From: the human T2T-CHM13v2.0 reference genome, Homo sapiens
DNA length: 64,000 bases
NCBI RefSeq assembly: GCF_009914755.1
Contig: NC_060931.1
Reading direction: 5' to 3' (one strand)
The notes under the pieces are model-generated. The model was not told the origin of the DNA. It did not search any database and saw nothing but the letters and a program-made list of their open reading frames with translations. Shown here piece by piece: positions 1 to 13,556 of the stretch (its first letter is position 1; each line of letters begins with the position of its first letter). A program made the position numbers and the translations under genes.

Positions 1-1399
1 ATGCATCCACCTGCTCCAGAAGCCAAGGATCTGCTTCTGCCGCATTAGCCTCCCCAGACAGCTGCCTGCCACCCACAGAGCTTCCTTGGCACAGCTGGAA
101 TCCCTGGAGCTGGGGCAAGATGCCCACATGCCTGGGCTCCTGCTATGGGCCTGTGAGTACAGCAGGGGTGACTTAGGGCACACTGCCCTCCGCAGGAGGC
201 ATCCCCTTCAAATTCTGTGGCAAGAGAGAGAAACTGTCACTCATGGCCATCTGTTCTGTCTTCTCCTTCCCGCAAGGCGCCCAATCCCTGCCTTTTCTTG
301 TTTGAGCTGGAAAGTACAAGCCACCTGACTGGGATTCTGACCGCAAGCTCAGCCCCTGTAATGGCCTTCACTCCATTGTCAGAAAAGTCTTCCTAAGTCA
401 CGGTATCTGTTTCCTAATGGAGCTGGACTTAAGAGAACCTCATAAGAAGGCTGAGTTCACTGCAAGGGTTAATGAGGAAATCTTTAGAAAGGGGCCAGGC
501 TGCCTGCCATGGAACAGGAGCAATCAGGACTCCTCTGAAGACCCCCACCCATGCTGTTTGCAGGCCTGAGGCACAGATCCAAATGAAGGCTTACGTACTA
601 CACACTGTGTGTCTATGGATTGAAAAGTTACAAGGCCAGCTAACTGTGAAATGAATATGCTCCATCGCCCAACCTTGATGAATATACCTTCAAAACCACC
701 TGGTAGCTGACTTGCATTTGGAATGCAGACTCCTTGAATTCTGTGCTCAAATGGGGTGGCACAGGGAGAACAGACCTCAGCTTACAGCCCACCCCCTGCT
801 CCATCCCACACAACAGTCCTTGGGTGTGTGCAAATGGACATCCCTGTCCTAACATCTGAGCTCTTCCATGTTCCCCCTCCCCAGCACCTTCCCTTGGTTA
901 CTCTTTTGTGAGGCCTAGGAGTGCACACCTGAGAAAGAGGCTTGCACAGGCTCTGCAAGTGGCAGAATCTTAGAATGAGAGTGTGGTCTATACAGAGGGG
1001 TCCAGGTTGGCATGTTCCTTTGGCCCCAGATTCTTTGCCCCATGTAGAGGGCATACCCAGAGGACGGCCAGAGTGGGCCCCTCTAGCAAGGCCTAAGGAT
1101 GATCCTGGTAGGGCAGCACAGCCGCTCACTCTGCTACTAACAGGTGGCCAGCAGGCGGAACTACAAGCCTCGGAAACAGTGCCTCCCAAGTCCCCTCCCA
1201 AGTTGTCCTCTTGCCCCTATTGTGCAACTCTCCGCCACTCAGACTCCCAGCAATCAAATCAGATCATTTACAAAGGTGGAAGTAGAATATGGGAGAACTA
1301 TATTGGATATCCAGTAACCCACGGCTAGTAACAGTGAAGGCACTGTTACCACCCTTAGATCCAAGGGCAAAGGAGAGAAAAGGGACTGGTCCCTAGGAG

Positions 1400-1844
<445 letters not shown>

Positions 1845-3589
1845 CTACTAAATTATAATAACCCAGATAAAAGTAATCAGCAGCAAAGATAGAAAAAGGT
1901 TTGCATTTGTCAGCTCATGGATGCAAGAGGTACAGAGTGTTTGGCTACAGTGGGCATGTGCTGAAAAAAATTAAAATTTTAAAAAAACTTTTAAGCTGGG
2001 CATTTGTGAACAGAGTTTTCTCTCATGACCAATCAAAACTGAAATCTTGATAACTTTGCATGTGTCCGATATCATGCTCTGAGTTGCTCAGGCAGAATTG
2101 CCAGGCAGCTCACACAGGTAATGGTAATGCTCCACCTGTGTTTCCCAACCCAAAAAGGTCTGGAGTCTTCCCAGAAAGGCCCAGCTCAGTGTAAGATGGA
2201 GGCTACAGCCCAGGGTCACTCCCTGGCCGTGGCTTGCCCACACCCTTCCACACTTCGCCAGTACTGACAAAGGCAGCCTAGAAACAGGGGTCAGAGAGGC
2301 AGAGTGTGTTGGGGGAAATGGAAGGTTTCATGCATACGGGGTGTGAAGGGACGGTGGACATTGAGTGGAAATAGCCAGCCAGCAGCTGGACATGCAGGAC
2401 TCCAGCCCATAGGGAAAAAGTGGCTGGATGTGGGGGAGGACTACACCTCCTCCAACAGCAGCTGGCCCAGAGACCAGCATTCACATGCAGACCAGGGATC
2501 TACAACCCATGGAGGAGCAGGCCCATTTTCCCCCATTTCTTTTTCCTCTTCACTTTTCCCCTTTTCCCAACCACTTGCTCAACTCCCTGACCCCTGCCCT
2601 ACATGTCCTTCCCTTTCTTCTACCGTCACTGCACTGAGAAGGCGATTGCACTTTCCTTACTTCATCTAAAACCTAACGATGGGCAGTATCCACCTACAAG
2701 GACCAGTTTCCAAATGAAACATCATGAAATTTAGATAGGCTACATTAAAAGAAAATCAAAAGGCATGATGCAAACTGGCTGTGATATTGGATACTTAAAT
2801 GGAAATCCTACACAGTTTTCCATCAAAATGTCATCTGATCTGAGAGCATATGTACCGGCGAGAAGTGAAGTTTTCTGAATATCTGACATGAAACCTTCTC
2901 CGGGGAGCTGTTCTCTCAGCCTGACTTAGCTCAGCCTGACAAACAAACACCCGCTCAGTTCATCTTGAGCAGCGCTGATCTGAATGGGCCACATGCCAGG
3001 TTTCGCATCGTCCCTGGCAGATCTCTTAATTAACTTGCTGATACTGTCACTGTTTTGGAATGGAGCCCTACCTCTGCTATTTTAAGAGGCTTGTACTAGG
3101 AGCCCACTGTCATTCAGCCAGCCTGTCCTCATGCGTGACTTGAATGTGGGCACCATCGTGGCACAGGAAAGGGACGCTGTCTGTGTGAGGCAGCCAGGAG
3201 AATCTCATGTCACTTTTTTAGGTCTCTTCGGCCCCACATCTTTCTCCCACCTCCTCCCTGCCAGGGTTTCCAGATCAGCTCCTGCCTTCAACTAATCCAT
3301 CACCAACACCATGGCCCTAAGAAGCAAGCCTGGGAGAAGGGCTTCATTGATTGGGATAAGCCTTGAGGCCTTGGAGCCCTCCACCCCCACCCCAGGGAAG
3401 AGGACTGAGTAGCACCCTGCACAAGTGAGTTGTAGGTCAAGTCCCAGTATGGACCAGCTAGTTTTGCCACATTCCCAGTCATACACGACAGCTGTGGCCT
3501 TGGCCAATCATCTGGCAAATGGATGCCACAGTTGCAAGGTATTGAAGTAAGAATGAACAGGGAAGAATTTTCAAAATTACTTACTGCAA

Positions 3590-3700
3590 ATCCCTCGTTT
3601 TATAGATGAGGAAACTGACCCACAAAGCAAAGCAACATAGGTATTCAGTGGTCACACAGGTGGTAGAGGTCCCACAGAAGTGGGGTCCAGGTTTCCTAAC
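3590..3700. mobile_element. MIR fragment
   Basis: Core motif ttttatagatgaggaaactga. Similar MIR cores occur near 8800-8930, 9350-9560, 25330-25510, 31000-31180, 34900-35000, 50150-50290 and 62600-62720. Confidence 0.65.
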
Positions 3701-4740
3701 ATCGAGTGTGTCACATGTCAACCGTGCGTATCCCAACCACTGGTAACGTTTAAGTCCTGACGGCTGGTCAAGAAAACCATCCTCACCTAAGAAGAGGAGG
3801 ACATCATGGGCATTACTGAGGGGATTCTCTAAGGACATGAAGGGTGCTGCCCACTGAAGAATGAGCTATCTTTACAGGACCATTTGGAATTATAAGAGAA
3901 TATTCGATTGAGTGGTTTCCTATCTCCTTTAGTTGAAGAGTCTCACATTTAGACCGGAGAAGAGGAATGGAGGGTGTAACAGAGATATGAGGTTTTGCTG
4001 AAGATAGTAACAACTAACAGTCAAACAAGTAAGAGTGTACTTTAATGGAAATTAAGAGTGAACACATAAAGAGATGAAGAATGAGAGTTAATAATAAAAC
4101 TTTTAGTGTTATTTGCAAAGGAGATGAAGAATCGTGTATTTTTTAAAATGTTAGTCTCCACTGACTACCTCCGTTTCTTCACTTCCCATTCACTTTTTTA
4201 AAAACATGCAAGGATGTTTAATGCGGCATTATTCATAGTAGCAAAAACAACACAAAAATTATAAAACTGGAAGAAGTAAACGCCTACCAATTGGAAAATG
4301 GCTGAATAAACTCTGGTACGCCAACACCATTGAATAAAAGCCAAATAAAAAAACATAACCCAACAAATTGAATGAGGAAGCAGGTATGAGAATTTAGCTA
4401 TCCTCCACCAAGCCAGACATCAAAGAAACTCACAAAAATGCAAAAACTAGTGCCACCTTCTACTCTGATTCTTGTTCCTGAAAATATAGGTATTCCTCAT
4501 CAAATACATTAACTGTGCTAACATGTATGGGTTTATTATTGTCACCCTAAATGAATTGATACATAAATATCCCAACAACAGTTCTTGAATGAGGACCACC
4601 AGGAAACTACAAATTCAATTTGAAAAAAAATTAGACAACCCAAGAGAAAAATTGGCCAAGAATCCAAGCAGACCTTATGAAAAGAAAATCCAAATGACTG
4701 CCAACTACATTAAAAGGTTCTCAATAATTTTATTACTAAA

Positions 4741-4788
4741 TGTGTGTGTGTGTGCACGTGTGTGTGTGCGCACATGCATGTGTGTGTG
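4741..4788 (+). repeat. Interrupted (TG)n/(RY)n microsatellite
   Basis: Directly visible. Confidence 0.9.
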
Positions 4789-4789
4789 T

Positions 4790-4945
4790 TAGTACTGCAC
4801 TAATGTTAATTTCCTGGTTTGGGTCACTGTCCTGTAGTTCTGTAACATGTTAGCATTAGGAGAAGTTGAGTGAAGGATATATGGGAATTCTCGGTACTGT
4901 TTTGCAACTTTCCAAAATACTAAAACTAGTTCAATATAAAGAGTT
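4790..4945 (+). mobile_element. L1M 3' end fragment
   Basis: gtgaaggatatatgggaattctcggtactgttttgcaacttt...aaactagttcaatataaa is typical of L1MB/MC 3' termini. Confidence 0.65.
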
Positions 4946-5719
4946 AAGAATGTACAGTATTCAAATTTTAACATTAGAGTGTGGAAACTGATTTCTCAGC
5001 ACTTTTAGATGTTATTTTTTTTCTCTGATCACCATACTACAGAGTTCCAATATGAAATTGATGCTAACCTTGCCAGTGAAGTGTGCTAGCGATAGTGATG
5101 TTGCCACCAAGTTATTAAGCTTGCCTTCCTCATTAACAGAAACTGACTAAAGGAAAGGATTTCTTCTTCTTCAGGAGGATTTGGTCAAAGGCGATGATAT
5201 AATTACATTAAAGCAGCACCACAAACTAAAGCTTTGTTTGCTGCTTGAAAATTTGCTCTCTGAATAGTTTCAGAAGCAGATATAAGACTGTTGACCTGGT
5301 TATATTTTGTGTGAAGTATAATCTACATAAAGAAAGATGCACGCATGAAATTTGTTCACACACATATCGTGGATAATTTTAAAGTAAGCACTCTTGTAGT
5401 CATATAGGTCAAGAAGTATCAACATACATATTTCAGAATCCCTGTCCCATGGCTTCCCTGATCACAACCCCCACCTTTTCTAGAAGTAAGCAACTTTCTC
5501 ACTTTTTAATAATCCTGCGCTCACTCTTCTCTTTCATGATATCACTTACGTAGTTTTCTTTTACCGGTTTTTAAGATTAAACGTTTACAGATATGGAATA
5601 GACCCTATGTGTTCTTTTGCATCTTGCTTCTTTCTTTTTCCCAACAGTGTGCTGTGAGACTAGTCCATCTTGTTGCATAGCTATCGTTCATTTCTTTTCA
5701 TTGCTGTATCCCATTCCCT

Positions 5720-6100
5720 TTTTTAAAAAAATCAATTTTAATTTTTATTTAACAAATAATAATTGTATATATTTATGGAGTACAAATTTATACACTGTGA
5801 AATCATTAAATAAAGCTAATTAAATATCCATCACCTCACATACTTATCATTTCTTGGTGTGAGAATGTTTCGAATAGTCTGCTGTAGCAATTTTGAAATA
5901 TACATTATTATTAACAATAGTCACCATGCTGTGCAATAGACCACTAAAACATTCCTCCTGTCTAACTGAAACTTTGTCCCCTTTGATCAGCATCTCTCCT
6001 GTTCCCATTCACTCCACCTGGCCAGCCTCTGGTAACCACCACTCTACTCTCTACCCCTAAGAGCTCAACATTTTAAGATTCCACATAGAAGTGAGATCAT
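5720..6100 (-). mobile_element. L1MA/MB 3' end, antisense
   Basis: T-rich tail, then aataattgtatatatttatggagtac...tagtcaccatgctgtgcaatag...tctggtaaccaccactctactctc. Confidence 0.8.
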
Positions 6101-6780
6101 CCATTCATTTTTTGATCCATTATAATCATACTTCTACCTTCCCTCTGGAAAAGGTGATCAGTGACCTCCAAATTTCCAAATCTATGAATTGCTTTCAGTC
6201 GTTGTCCCATGTGGCCTCCAGTGCGCTTGACATAGTTGACCATGACATTTCTCTCGAGAGTTTCCATGCAACCATTTTTTTCCCGGTCCCTCCTTTCCCT
6301 CTGTTCCTTCTCAGTCTCACCAGTTCATGTTCTCCAAGATCCCACTTATGGCTCCTTTTTTCCTCCCTAAGTGATCTCAGTTCCATACTAGCCACATATT
6401 GACAACTCCTAAATTTTTATCTGTCCTCTTTCCTGAGCTCTAGTTGTGTGTATGTGTGTGTGCGCATGCTTGTGTATACATACATGTATATTTTTCACTG
6501 CATATTAGACCACACAAAGTCAAACTCATCGTTCTCTCTCTCTTAAACCAACATGCACGTAGTTGTCCAAGTCAAAGACCTCAGTCATCTCCATCACTTT
6601 CTCTTCCTTCACCTTCTCATACAGATATAAGTCCTGCCAATCATGTACCAGAAATATCTCTTAAAATTTAAGTTACTCTTCTTGGGGGAAAAAATTAAAA
6701 AAATTAAATTACTCTTTTCCTCTCTGTCCTCATGGTCATAATTCAGATTCAGGTACACTTTCTTACCAGGACTACTGCAG
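6100..6780 (+). mobile_element. L2 fragment including degenerate RT sequence
   Basis: The translation LEKVISDLQISKS...SALDIVDHD resembles the L2 ORF2 RT motif (KVxNDL...SAAFDTVDH), and the sequence is CT-rich. Confidence 0.65.
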
Positions 6781-6787
6781 TAGCTTT

Positions 6788-7080
6788 GTTTTTTATTGTG
6801 GTAAAATAGATACAACATAAAATTTACTGTCTGGACCATTTTTGACTGTACAATTCAGTGACATTGAGTATATTCACATTGTTGCCTGAATATCAGCGCT
6901 ACCCATCTCCAGAACTTTTCTATCACCCCAAACTGGAACTCTGTACCCACGAAACAGTAACTCCCCTTCCTCCTCCCTCCCGCTCCTGGTAACCACTATT
7001 CTTCCTCTAGGAGTTTGACTACTCTAGGTACCTCATATTAGTGGAATCACACAATATTTGTCCTTTTGTGTCTGGCTTTT
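6788..7080 (-). mobile_element. L1MB 3' end, antisense
   Basis: ttttattgtggtaaaatagatacaacataaaatttac...tacaattcagtgacattgagtatattcacattgttg. Confidence 0.8.
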
Positions 7081-7096
7081 TCTCAATACCTTTTAA

Positions 7097-7203
7097 ACTG
7101 GTTTCATTACTTCCAGTGTGTGTGTGTGTGTGTGTTTGTGTGTGTTAATATTGCACTAATCAAATACTCTCTCTCTCACACACACACACACGCACACACA
7201 CTC
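7097..7203 (+). repeat. (TG)n followed by (TC)n(CA)n microsatellites
   Basis: Directly visible. Confidence 0.9.
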
Positions 7204-8222
7204 TATTGTTAATTAGTGGGATTTTTTTCTCCTCCAGTCCTTTTTGCTGTCTTCTCTGTTCCTGTCCACTCCACCTCACCAGCCTTTGGTAACAACGACT
7301 CTACTCTCTATGCCTAGGAGCTCAACTTTTTTAGATGCCACATAGAAGTGAGAACATCCATTCATTTCTTGATCTGCTATAATCATACTTCTACCTTCCC
7401 CCTGGAAAAGGTGATCAGTGACCTCCAAATTTCCAACTCTATGAACTGTTTTCAGTCTTTGTCTCACTTGGCCTCCATGGCATTTGACGTAATTGACCAT
7501 GACACTCCTCTCTTAGCTTCCCTGCAACCACGGTACAATCCAAGGTAACTTTCTAAGATACGAGAAGGCCTAGTCTGCCATGTCAAGCACAATATGAAGC
7601 CTACATTCCTTAGCATGACAGTCAAGACCTTTAAAAGTCTGGCTTAAACCTGCCTTTTCAGTACCTCTTGCTACTCCTCCAACAATACCCCAATCACACC
7701 ACTACCTGGTAAGCACTTTCATGTCTTTCTGTCTTTGCACCTGTCACTTCCCTGGCTGGGAATGCCATATCCTCTCCATCCCCTCTGCCACCCCCACCCC
7801 AAATCTCTGGGCTTCACCTGCTAAACCCTGCTCATCCTTTATATTCCAGCTTCCATGTTCCTTGCCCTGTGAAGTTGGCCCCGATTCTTCACACTGAACC
7901 AATCCCTCCCTCTACATGTCACTACAACATTCTGCACACCTTGGCTTTATGTACTTTTCATTATGTCTTATACTTCACAATTGAAAGCTTTAAGAACTAT
8001 TCATGTCAGTCTCCCCTTTGAGTCTGTGATTACCTAAGTAGTCAGGAACATGTCTCTTCATTCTTGGCACTCTGGCTGTTGTGTACTCAATAACTGTATG
8101 TTTAATAGGTAAAGCAATAAAATATTCATCCATCTATACTGGTTAAAATGCTGCCTTCCCTGGATGCATAAAGACATATTAGTTGTCCCTAAAAGCCTTC
8201 TTGAGCACAGGATTCCATTATA

Positions 8223-8303
8223 TTAGGTTGGTGCAAAAGTATTCATGGTACTTGCCATTGAAAGTAAATGGCAAAAATTGCAATTACTTTTGCACCAACC
8301 TAA
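8223..8303. mobile_element. MADE1 (Hsmar1-derived mariner MITE), full length
   Basis: TTAGGTTGGTGCAAAAGTA...TACTTTTGCACCAACCTAA terminal inverted repeats, 81 bp, with TA duplications at 8221-8222 and 8304-8305. Confidence 0.95.
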
Positions 8304-9689
8304 TACATTTGGATACTCTGCCAGATACCACAAAGGAGCATCTTCTTCCGAAATGAAAAGCGGGGATAACAGTTGTATCACAACATCTGGTTAAGATTAG
8401 TAGCTCTTTAAGTGTCAAAGATAATCAGGGTAATTATTCAAAGTTGTCATCTTGATAGTCTGAGGCAATCAAACTCAAAGCATTGCCTTTCCCCAGGAGG
8501 GTTGTTCAGCATAATTCAAACCTGGAAGCCACTTGAACTGAAGGTCTTCTTGATGGGAAATTGTGGGTACTGCTCCCAGGAGGAGGGAAGTCCAGAGTGC
8601 AATGTGGCCTGGGGGAGGGTGGGGGATACCTAGATGCACCTCCATTGACACTAAAGAAATCCATGTGGCTAACAGCTTATGCCAAAATCCCCAGCCACCA
8701 GTGTAAAGTATGGCAGCAGTATTTCATGAGAAGAAAACATTTTGCAGCAAATTATTACAGCAATCATTCTTTGCATTTGTATTGCACTTCAGTTTTCAGA
8801 GCACTTTCATTTGCAATATTTCATTTAAGCCTGCAGCCACATGAGTATAAGGATCTTGCTGCATAGATGAAGAAACAGAGGCCAAAAGCGGTATTATGGT
8901 CTTCCCAAGCCCATAAGGTAAGTGGTAAAACTTTTTGCAGTTTCATATTAGGGGTTTCTCAGCTGACGCCTGAGAATCTTGAGGTTATTTAGAGGTCTTC
9001 ATTGTAAATTGATTACAGCAGGACTTGACATGACTTTATATTCACTTCCAAGATTATCTGGTGCCATTACTGATAAGTGAATTTGGAAGGACTTTTGGAT
9101 GTCACCTAGTCCAACCTCTCAATAAAAGCAAGGAATTCCCTTTATTGATCCTTGGCTGTGTTGGGTCTTCCTTACCTTGGGTTGCCCTTGCCCTTGAATT
9201 TCTCCCCATAACTCTTCATTGTCCTCAATAGGACATGCAAATAATGTATAATTCCTCTTCTCAGCAAAACTTTCAAATATTTGTGAGTGGTCTCCTCTCT
9301 TTTCTGGCCCAAATGTTCCAGATCCCTCGAGCCACTGGACAGGAACAATGCTAAGTATTGAATGTGGGTTATTTTATTTAAACCTCACCATACCTCTGAG
9401 ATAATAGTACACACTTTATTATCCTGATTTGACATACAGGGAAAGGAGGTTGAGGTGTAGAGATTTGTGTAACTTATCCATTGTCACCCAGATGGCAAAT
9501 GGGAACTCTGGCAATTAAATGCAGGCAGTCTGAGTTCATAACTCTAAACCATTATACTATAAACCCTTTTCTATTCTTTCTCTACACTATCCCCCTACCT
9601 CCAGTTCAAGGAAAAAAAGAAAAAAGAAAAAAAAAAAGCTTCATGTGCTAAATGGACAGAATGTGGGCTGGTATTTCTAAGAACCAAGT

Positions 9690-9798
9690 CTTTTTTTTTC
9701 TAATGTTTTGTAGAGGTGAGGTCTCACTATGTTGCCCAGGCTACTCTCAAAATCCTGGCCTCAAGCTGGGATTATAGGCGTGAGCCACTGCACTGGCT
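9690..9798 (-). mobile_element. FLAM-type Alu monomer with an internal deletion
   Basis: Left-arm sequence with a 16-bp target-site duplication, ctaagaaccaagtctt, at 9677-9692 and 9800-9815. Confidence 0.85.
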
Positions 9799-10284
9799 GC
9801 TAAGAACCAAGTCTTAATCCTCATCACCCCACTCACTGTGACTGGCAGCAAGTCAAATCACATTATGCTACTTATTTTTCTTAGTGAGTATACTCATTCC
9901 ATAGAGACACCTCAGTCATTGTCAGGGTATACTTATCACTTTTTAGACTAAATAGAACTCCTCATGACTAGCTACTAAAGCCATGAGGCCTGAGGCCCCT
10001 GATCAACTCACATACTTCATCTCATACCATTCTCCTCCTTATTCATTGTGCACCAGGCAACATGGGCTGCCTCCAGCTGGATATGCCCAGGTTCCCGTGG
10101 TGGGGTCTCTCCACATGCTCACACACACTGCTCTCCTGCTGGTGGAACTGGCAGGGCTGGTTCCTTGTTCTTCTTCTTTTGATTGGCATGTCACTTTCTC
10201 AGTGAGGCTTTCTCATCCATCCATCTGCCCACCCATCCATCTGATGTCTTTGCTGGGTAGACAGGAGTAAACAAGTCAAACGCA

Positions 10285-10562
10285 GCCAGGCGCAATTGCT
10301 CATGCCTATAATCTCAGCATTTTGGGAGGGCAAGGCAGGTGGATCCCTTGAGCCAGGAGTTCGAGACCAGCCTGAGCAACATGGTGAGACCCCATCTATA
10401 CAAAAAATACAAAAATTAGCTGGGGGTGGTGGTGCACCAGGAGGCTGAGGTAGGAGAATCACCTGAGCCTGGGGAGGTTGAAGCTATAGTAAGCCATAGT
10501 CATGCCACTGCACTCCAGCCTGGGTGACAGAGACCCTACCTCAAAAACAAAAACAAAAACAA
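10285..10562 (+). mobile_element. Alu (J-like)
   Basis: Dimeric Alu with a (CAAAAA)n tail, flanked by aagtcaaa repeats. Confidence 0.93.
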
Positions 10563-10639
10563 AGTCAAATATTCTGTTTGTTCTCCAAGTGCGTTTACAT
10601 TCTGATGCCCTGATGAAAAGCAGTTTCTCCATTGCATAC

Positions 10640-11860
10640 TTATTGCATGTTATACTTTCCTTTCAAAGCACAATTTTTAATTATATGAATGTTTTCATTT
10701 TATAATATATTAATACATTATTATGGTTTAAAAAGATCAAACAGTATCAGTCATGCAAGAAATTCTCCTTAATGTCTCCTGGCCAGCCCCAACCCCACAT
10801 CACTCCTCTTCATAGGGGTAATTGCTATCATCATTTTGGCATGAACTCTTCCAAGTCTTGTCTATGCATTGCCATTTACATAGGCACATACAAATATGTA
10901 GTTTTAGTTCTTGTGTGTTTAATGTAGAAAATATCGCAGATATACTTTAGAAGTATATTTAGGCCGGGTGCAGTAGCTCACGCCTATAATCCTAGCACTT
11001 TGGGAGGCCAAGGGGGTTGGATTGCCTGAGCTCAGACCACCAGTCTGGGCAACATGGCGAAACCTCGTCTGTACTAAAAATACAAAAAAATTAGCTGGGT
11101 GTGGTGGCGCATGCCTGTAATCCCAGCTACTCAGGAGGCTGAGGCAGAATCACTTGAACCCAGGAGGCGGAGGTTGCAGTGAGCCGAGATTGCGCAACTG
11201 CACTCCAGCTTGGGTGACAGAGGGAGACTCTGTCTCAAAAACAAACAAACAAACAAAAAACCCGTAGATTTACATATAGTTTTTTCATCGTGTGACTGCA
11301 CACAGAAATACATGTAATTATTCTTCTCATGGTGTTCTGTAGTATTGCCTACCAATGAACTGTTGAACATTCAGGCTATTTTGTACTTTTCTTCTTATAA
11401 ACAATGCTATAATGAATGCTTTTATGTATTCCTCTCTGTGTATGAGTACAAGCAGGGAAATTATTGGGTTGAAGTGAACAGGCAATTTCATATTGTCAGT
11501 TCATTCCCCATAAAAGGATGTACCAATTTATAATCACAGCAAAAGTACATAAGATATCCATTTTCTTATACCCTTACCAATATTTTTTGTTTTTCTTAAT
11601 CATAAGAACAAAACATTCTCAGCAATCATTGTCTATTAGTTGTCTTTGGCTTTTTGTATTTTTAAGAAAGACTGATTTGTAGGCATTCTTTATATATTTG
11701 GGATATTAATCCTCAGTCTTTTACATGGGTTACAAATATTTTCTCCCAGTCCATTGTTGATGTAATTTTGCTTATGGTGTTTTGTCTTACAGAAGTCTTA
11801 AATTCAGGATAAGTTTGTCAATATTTTTTCTTTGGGGTCTTGTATTTTGGATATTGCTTA
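10640..11860 (-). mobile_element. Old L1M (ME-like) fragments, antisense, interrupted by an Alu
   Basis: T-rich L1 antisense signatures such as tttgtaggcattctttatatatttgggatattaatcc...caaatattttctcccagtc. Confidence 0.65.
10962..11260 (+). mobile_element. Alu (S/J)
   Basis: ggccgggtgcagtagctcacgcc..., dimeric, with a (CAAA)n tail. Confidence 0.95.
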
Positions 11861-13169
11861 CACATACTTCAAATATATTCTTCTGCATTTTCATATGACT
11901 AGTATATTTACTGGATTGTTTAATGATCATCTTCACCACCTAAGTCTGAGCTCTAAGAAAGACAGAGTTATGACTGTTCTATTCCCAAATGCATACCTAA
12001 CGCATATCACAGTCTAGTACCTCCATGCTCAATAAATGGTTACTGAGCAGATGGGGAAAAAAAGAATGATGTGGGTATTATTAACAAGAAAATACAGGTA
12101 TCCCTGGAAGAAATTCAATATATGAATTAGGCTATTGTGAGTTTTATAAAATAATTCATTCTGTATACATTCTGTTAAATTTTACACTTACTTTTGAATT
12201 CTGGCTATTGGTAATTTATGCAGTAATCCCAAAATTATCATAAAATCTTAAATGTTGAAAGAAACTTTAGGGATCATAGAGGGGTCCAACTGTATGGCTG
12301 TGTGCTCTGACAATAGGTTGTGTACTTTCTGTGTGCCCAGCTGTGGGCACCAATCCATTTCCAGATTGAGAGAATGATTGAAGAGCGCTCCCTACTGCTG
12401 GCCTTCTATGGGCCATGGTGAGCACTTACCTTCATACTATGGGCCGTGGTGAGCACTCTGATAACTTCGCCCCCTCCCAAAGCCTCAACTCCATGATTTT
12501 CCACCATTTCTATCGGTCAGAAGCTCCTGGTAATCTCCATGCCTCCTTTGCTTCTCTCTAAGATTGATGAACAGTCCAGGCCACATCGAATTATTCTGAT
12601 TGGATCTATACATGCTAACCTCAACTAGGCCCTTGCTGCTTGCTTACTACTCTTTTAACCCATTCTTTTACCTTCCTGTTACATTCCCCAAAGTGTTGCA
12701 CATTTTCTATATTCTCAAGCTCCAAATTCCTATTCCATCTCCTGCTACCTCACTATGCTAAGCCAAGGGGTTCCCTTAATATTCCTTTCTTTATCTTAAA
12801 ACCCTCTCTCTTATTTTCTTTGCTGTTATCTTGGAGGGAAGCAACTATGCATGTTCCTGATTCCATTCAACTCAGCTTTCTTGTTCAAATTTACTTTTTC
12901 AAATAATTTTGTCTCCTCTAAAAGGCTTATGACTTCCTTTGAGGAAAAAAACCTTCCTTTACTTGAAACTGTGTTATTGTCGTCCCTTTATCAAACTTCT
13001 TCAGAGTATACTATCTCCAGTTCTTTAACTCCTAGTCATTCTCCATTCTTCAACATACTGCAATTGGCTTCCAGTACCTCCGCTGGATTAAAACCAGTGC
13101 CTTAAAGTTCATGACTGATCTCCTGCCAATAAAACTTAATAGCACCCCACTACCCAAAGCTGCTTTCCT

Positions 13170-13555
13170 TCCGTCATTCATTCGAACCGAATGTCGGGAA
13201 CTGTGCTAAGCCCTGTGTATAACAGATGAAAAGAAGTATCCCTTCTTCAAGGAGGCTGCAGTATAATGAAGGCGTATATAAGATACAAAGGCAGGGAGGG
13301 CCACCTAAATCTGCCTAGAGGTGTGAGAAAAAGCTGCAATAAGCAGATTGCCAGGGTGAGGATAGGAATAGTATATACACTCAAGGCTGAGAAAACAGAT
13401 ATGCATGGAACAGAGACACAGTCGCATGAAATAAAGAATATCCTCCTGTTAGGGGAGAGGGCACCCGGTCGCACACCAGCAAAACTTCAATTTCATTATG
13501 AAGGTATTGGGGGAGAGATGTTTTTGGAAAGTTTTGACAAAGAGGTGACATGACC
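13170..13555 (-). mobile_element. L2 3' fragment
   Basis: cattcattc...ctgtgctaagccctg... antisense L2 end. Further L2 pieces lie at about 7520-8110, 11870-12050, 12480-13150, 14050-14470 and 14820-15240. Confidence 0.55.
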
Positions 13556-13556
13556 C

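Noticed and set aside
6091-7548. Two paralogous ORFs (103 aa and 66 aa) suggesting a small gene family
   Set aside because: They start at GTG, derive from degenerate L2 reverse-transcriptase sequence, and their similarity comes from the local DNA duplication.
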